Assembly (NCBI GenBank): GCA_051362555.1
Contig: CM120640.1
Location: forward strand, 29,779,967 to 29,843,966
Length of the DNA stretch: 64,000 nt
Direction of reading: 5' to 3'
Origin: Lingula anatina
Lineage: Eukaryota; Animalia; Brachiopoda
Part shown: piece by piece, positions 62,601-64,000 of the stretch
Numbering within the stretch: position 1 is the stretch's first letter
Layout of the letters: every line of letters starts with the position of its first letter
The notes under the pieces: model-generated
Seen by the model: only the letters and a program-made list of their open reading frames with translations
Databases searched by the model: none
What the model was told of the DNA's origin: nothing
Position numbers and translations under genes: made by a program

Positions 62601-64000
62601 AAAAGACTGCCAAATTCCATGGCTTAAAATAGTTAAACGTTAATAATTTTCACAAATCTTGTCTAATATTTGTGAAATTTGGATAGATGATGCATAACAA
62701 CAATAAAAATCTGTGATAAGCTCATCAGTTGACTGTGTCTCATGAAAAAGATTTTTTTTTGGACAATAAATTTGAGAAAACTGACAATAACACTGAAACA
62801 ACTGCCAAATTCTATGGTTTAAAATAGTTAAACGTTAATAATTTTCACAAATCTTGTCTAATATTTGTGAAATTTGGATAGATGATGCATAACAACAATA
62901 AAAATCTGTGATAAGCTCATCAGCTGACTGTGTCTCATTAAAAATATTTTTTTGGACAATAAATTTGAGGAAATTGAAAATGACACTGAAAAGACTGCAA
63001 AATGCGGTGCCTTAAAATAGTTAAACGTTAATAATTTTCACAAAACTTGCTCAATATTTGTGAAATTTGAAGAGATGATCCTTAACAAAAACAAATATCT
63101 GTGATAAGCTTAACAGTTTACAGTGTGTGATAGAATTGTAGTTGTTTGACATTTTGTATGCGAAGAGTGGGAATTATCTACAATATTTTTTTTTTCAATT
63201 TCACAACATCTAATTAGACTCACATTAAACATCAAATATTATGATTTGAGTTTGTGTAAGAGGTGACAAATTACCCATAATTTTCCTCTGGAAAAGAACA
63301 TATACCCATGTAAGACATCTCCTTACTACCAATACCAGATGCAGATTCCTCCTTACAATCGGTTTCTTGAATAGGGTTTAGCACACCATTTGACAATGTC
63401 CTAAAGCTTGCCATATACCATCTATTGTACACATGGATGAGACATAGCATTGGTCTTGCTGTTGTCTTTCGCTGTCTGTTTTTTCTATAGGAATTAGCCC
63501 TGACCAGACAGGAAGAATCAGTTCACCAAAAAAGCCATCACGCTGTATGGAAAAGGTCACCTGGAAAAAGAACAATATGTTTGATAAAAGTGAAAATTAA
63601 AATTCTAAAAATTGACAAATTTCCCACACTAAAATAGTTGAACAATAATTTTGATAAACTTAACCTAAAAAGTTGACTATGTCTAATAAAAAGGATATTA
63701 GGAGAACATATAAATTTGAGAAATACTGAAAATGACATTGAAAAGACTGCCAAATGCGGTGATTTAAAATAGTTAAATGTTAATAATTTTCACAAATCTT
63801 GTCCAATATTTGTGAAATTTGGACAGATGATGCATAACAATAATAAAAATCTGTGATAAGCTCATCAGTTGACTGTGTCTCATGAAAAACATTTTTTTTT
63901 GCGACAATAAATTTGAGAAAACTGAAAATGACATTGAAAAGACTGCCAAATTCCATGGCTTAAAATAGTTAAACTTTAATAATTTTCACAAATCTTGTCT

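Larger units (their letters stand above)
49690..64000 (+). repeat. Higher-order satellite array: ordered ~195-bp monomers plus a unique cassette; periods ~1.53, 1.73 and 2.9 kb; runs off the window end
   Basis: AATCTGTGATAAGCTCATCAGTTGACTGTG recurs every 194-197 bp; cassette-linked ORFs recur at spacings of 1725, 2065, 1531, 2907, 1725, 1529 and 1725 bp. Confidence 0.97.

Noticed and set aside
50331-63753. Repeated 71-aa ORF (MAVFSMSFSV...) as a gene family
   Set aside because: It is read mostly from antisense AT-rich satellite, has F/I/L/K-biased composition and recurs only because of the array.
49690-64000. CRISPR-like repeat-spacer array
   Set aside because: Monomers are ~195 bp, the intervening cassettes are near-identical rather than unique, there are no cas genes and the context is eukaryotic.

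Overview
AT-rich, repeat-dominated animal genomic DNA; the transposon repertoire suggests a marine invertebrate, probably a mollusc (inference). No intact host gene is recognisable. From left to right: (1) the 3' half of a decayed Gmr1-type Gypsy element (integrase upstream of RT-RNase H) with its 3' LTR; (2) a fragmented minus-strand LTR element carrying an env/F-type fusion protein, embedded in an old ~340-bp satellite and hit by a P-like DNA transposon; (3) a solo LTR, several MITEs and Helentron-type (HINE) elements, a decayed DDE transposase and possible pseudo-exons; (4) a near-complete PAT-like DIRS retrotransposon with A1...B1-A2-B2 split direct repeats, interrupted by a HINE carrying 146-bp tandem repeats; (5) pogo-like, RTE and Sola1-like remnants; (6) from ~49.7 kb to the window end, a young higher-order array of ordered ~195-bp monomers punctuated by 8 copies of an exon-like cassette. 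Several insertions have matching empty sites in the same window. All coordinates and alignments were read by eye; family assignments rest on recalled motifs, not database searches.
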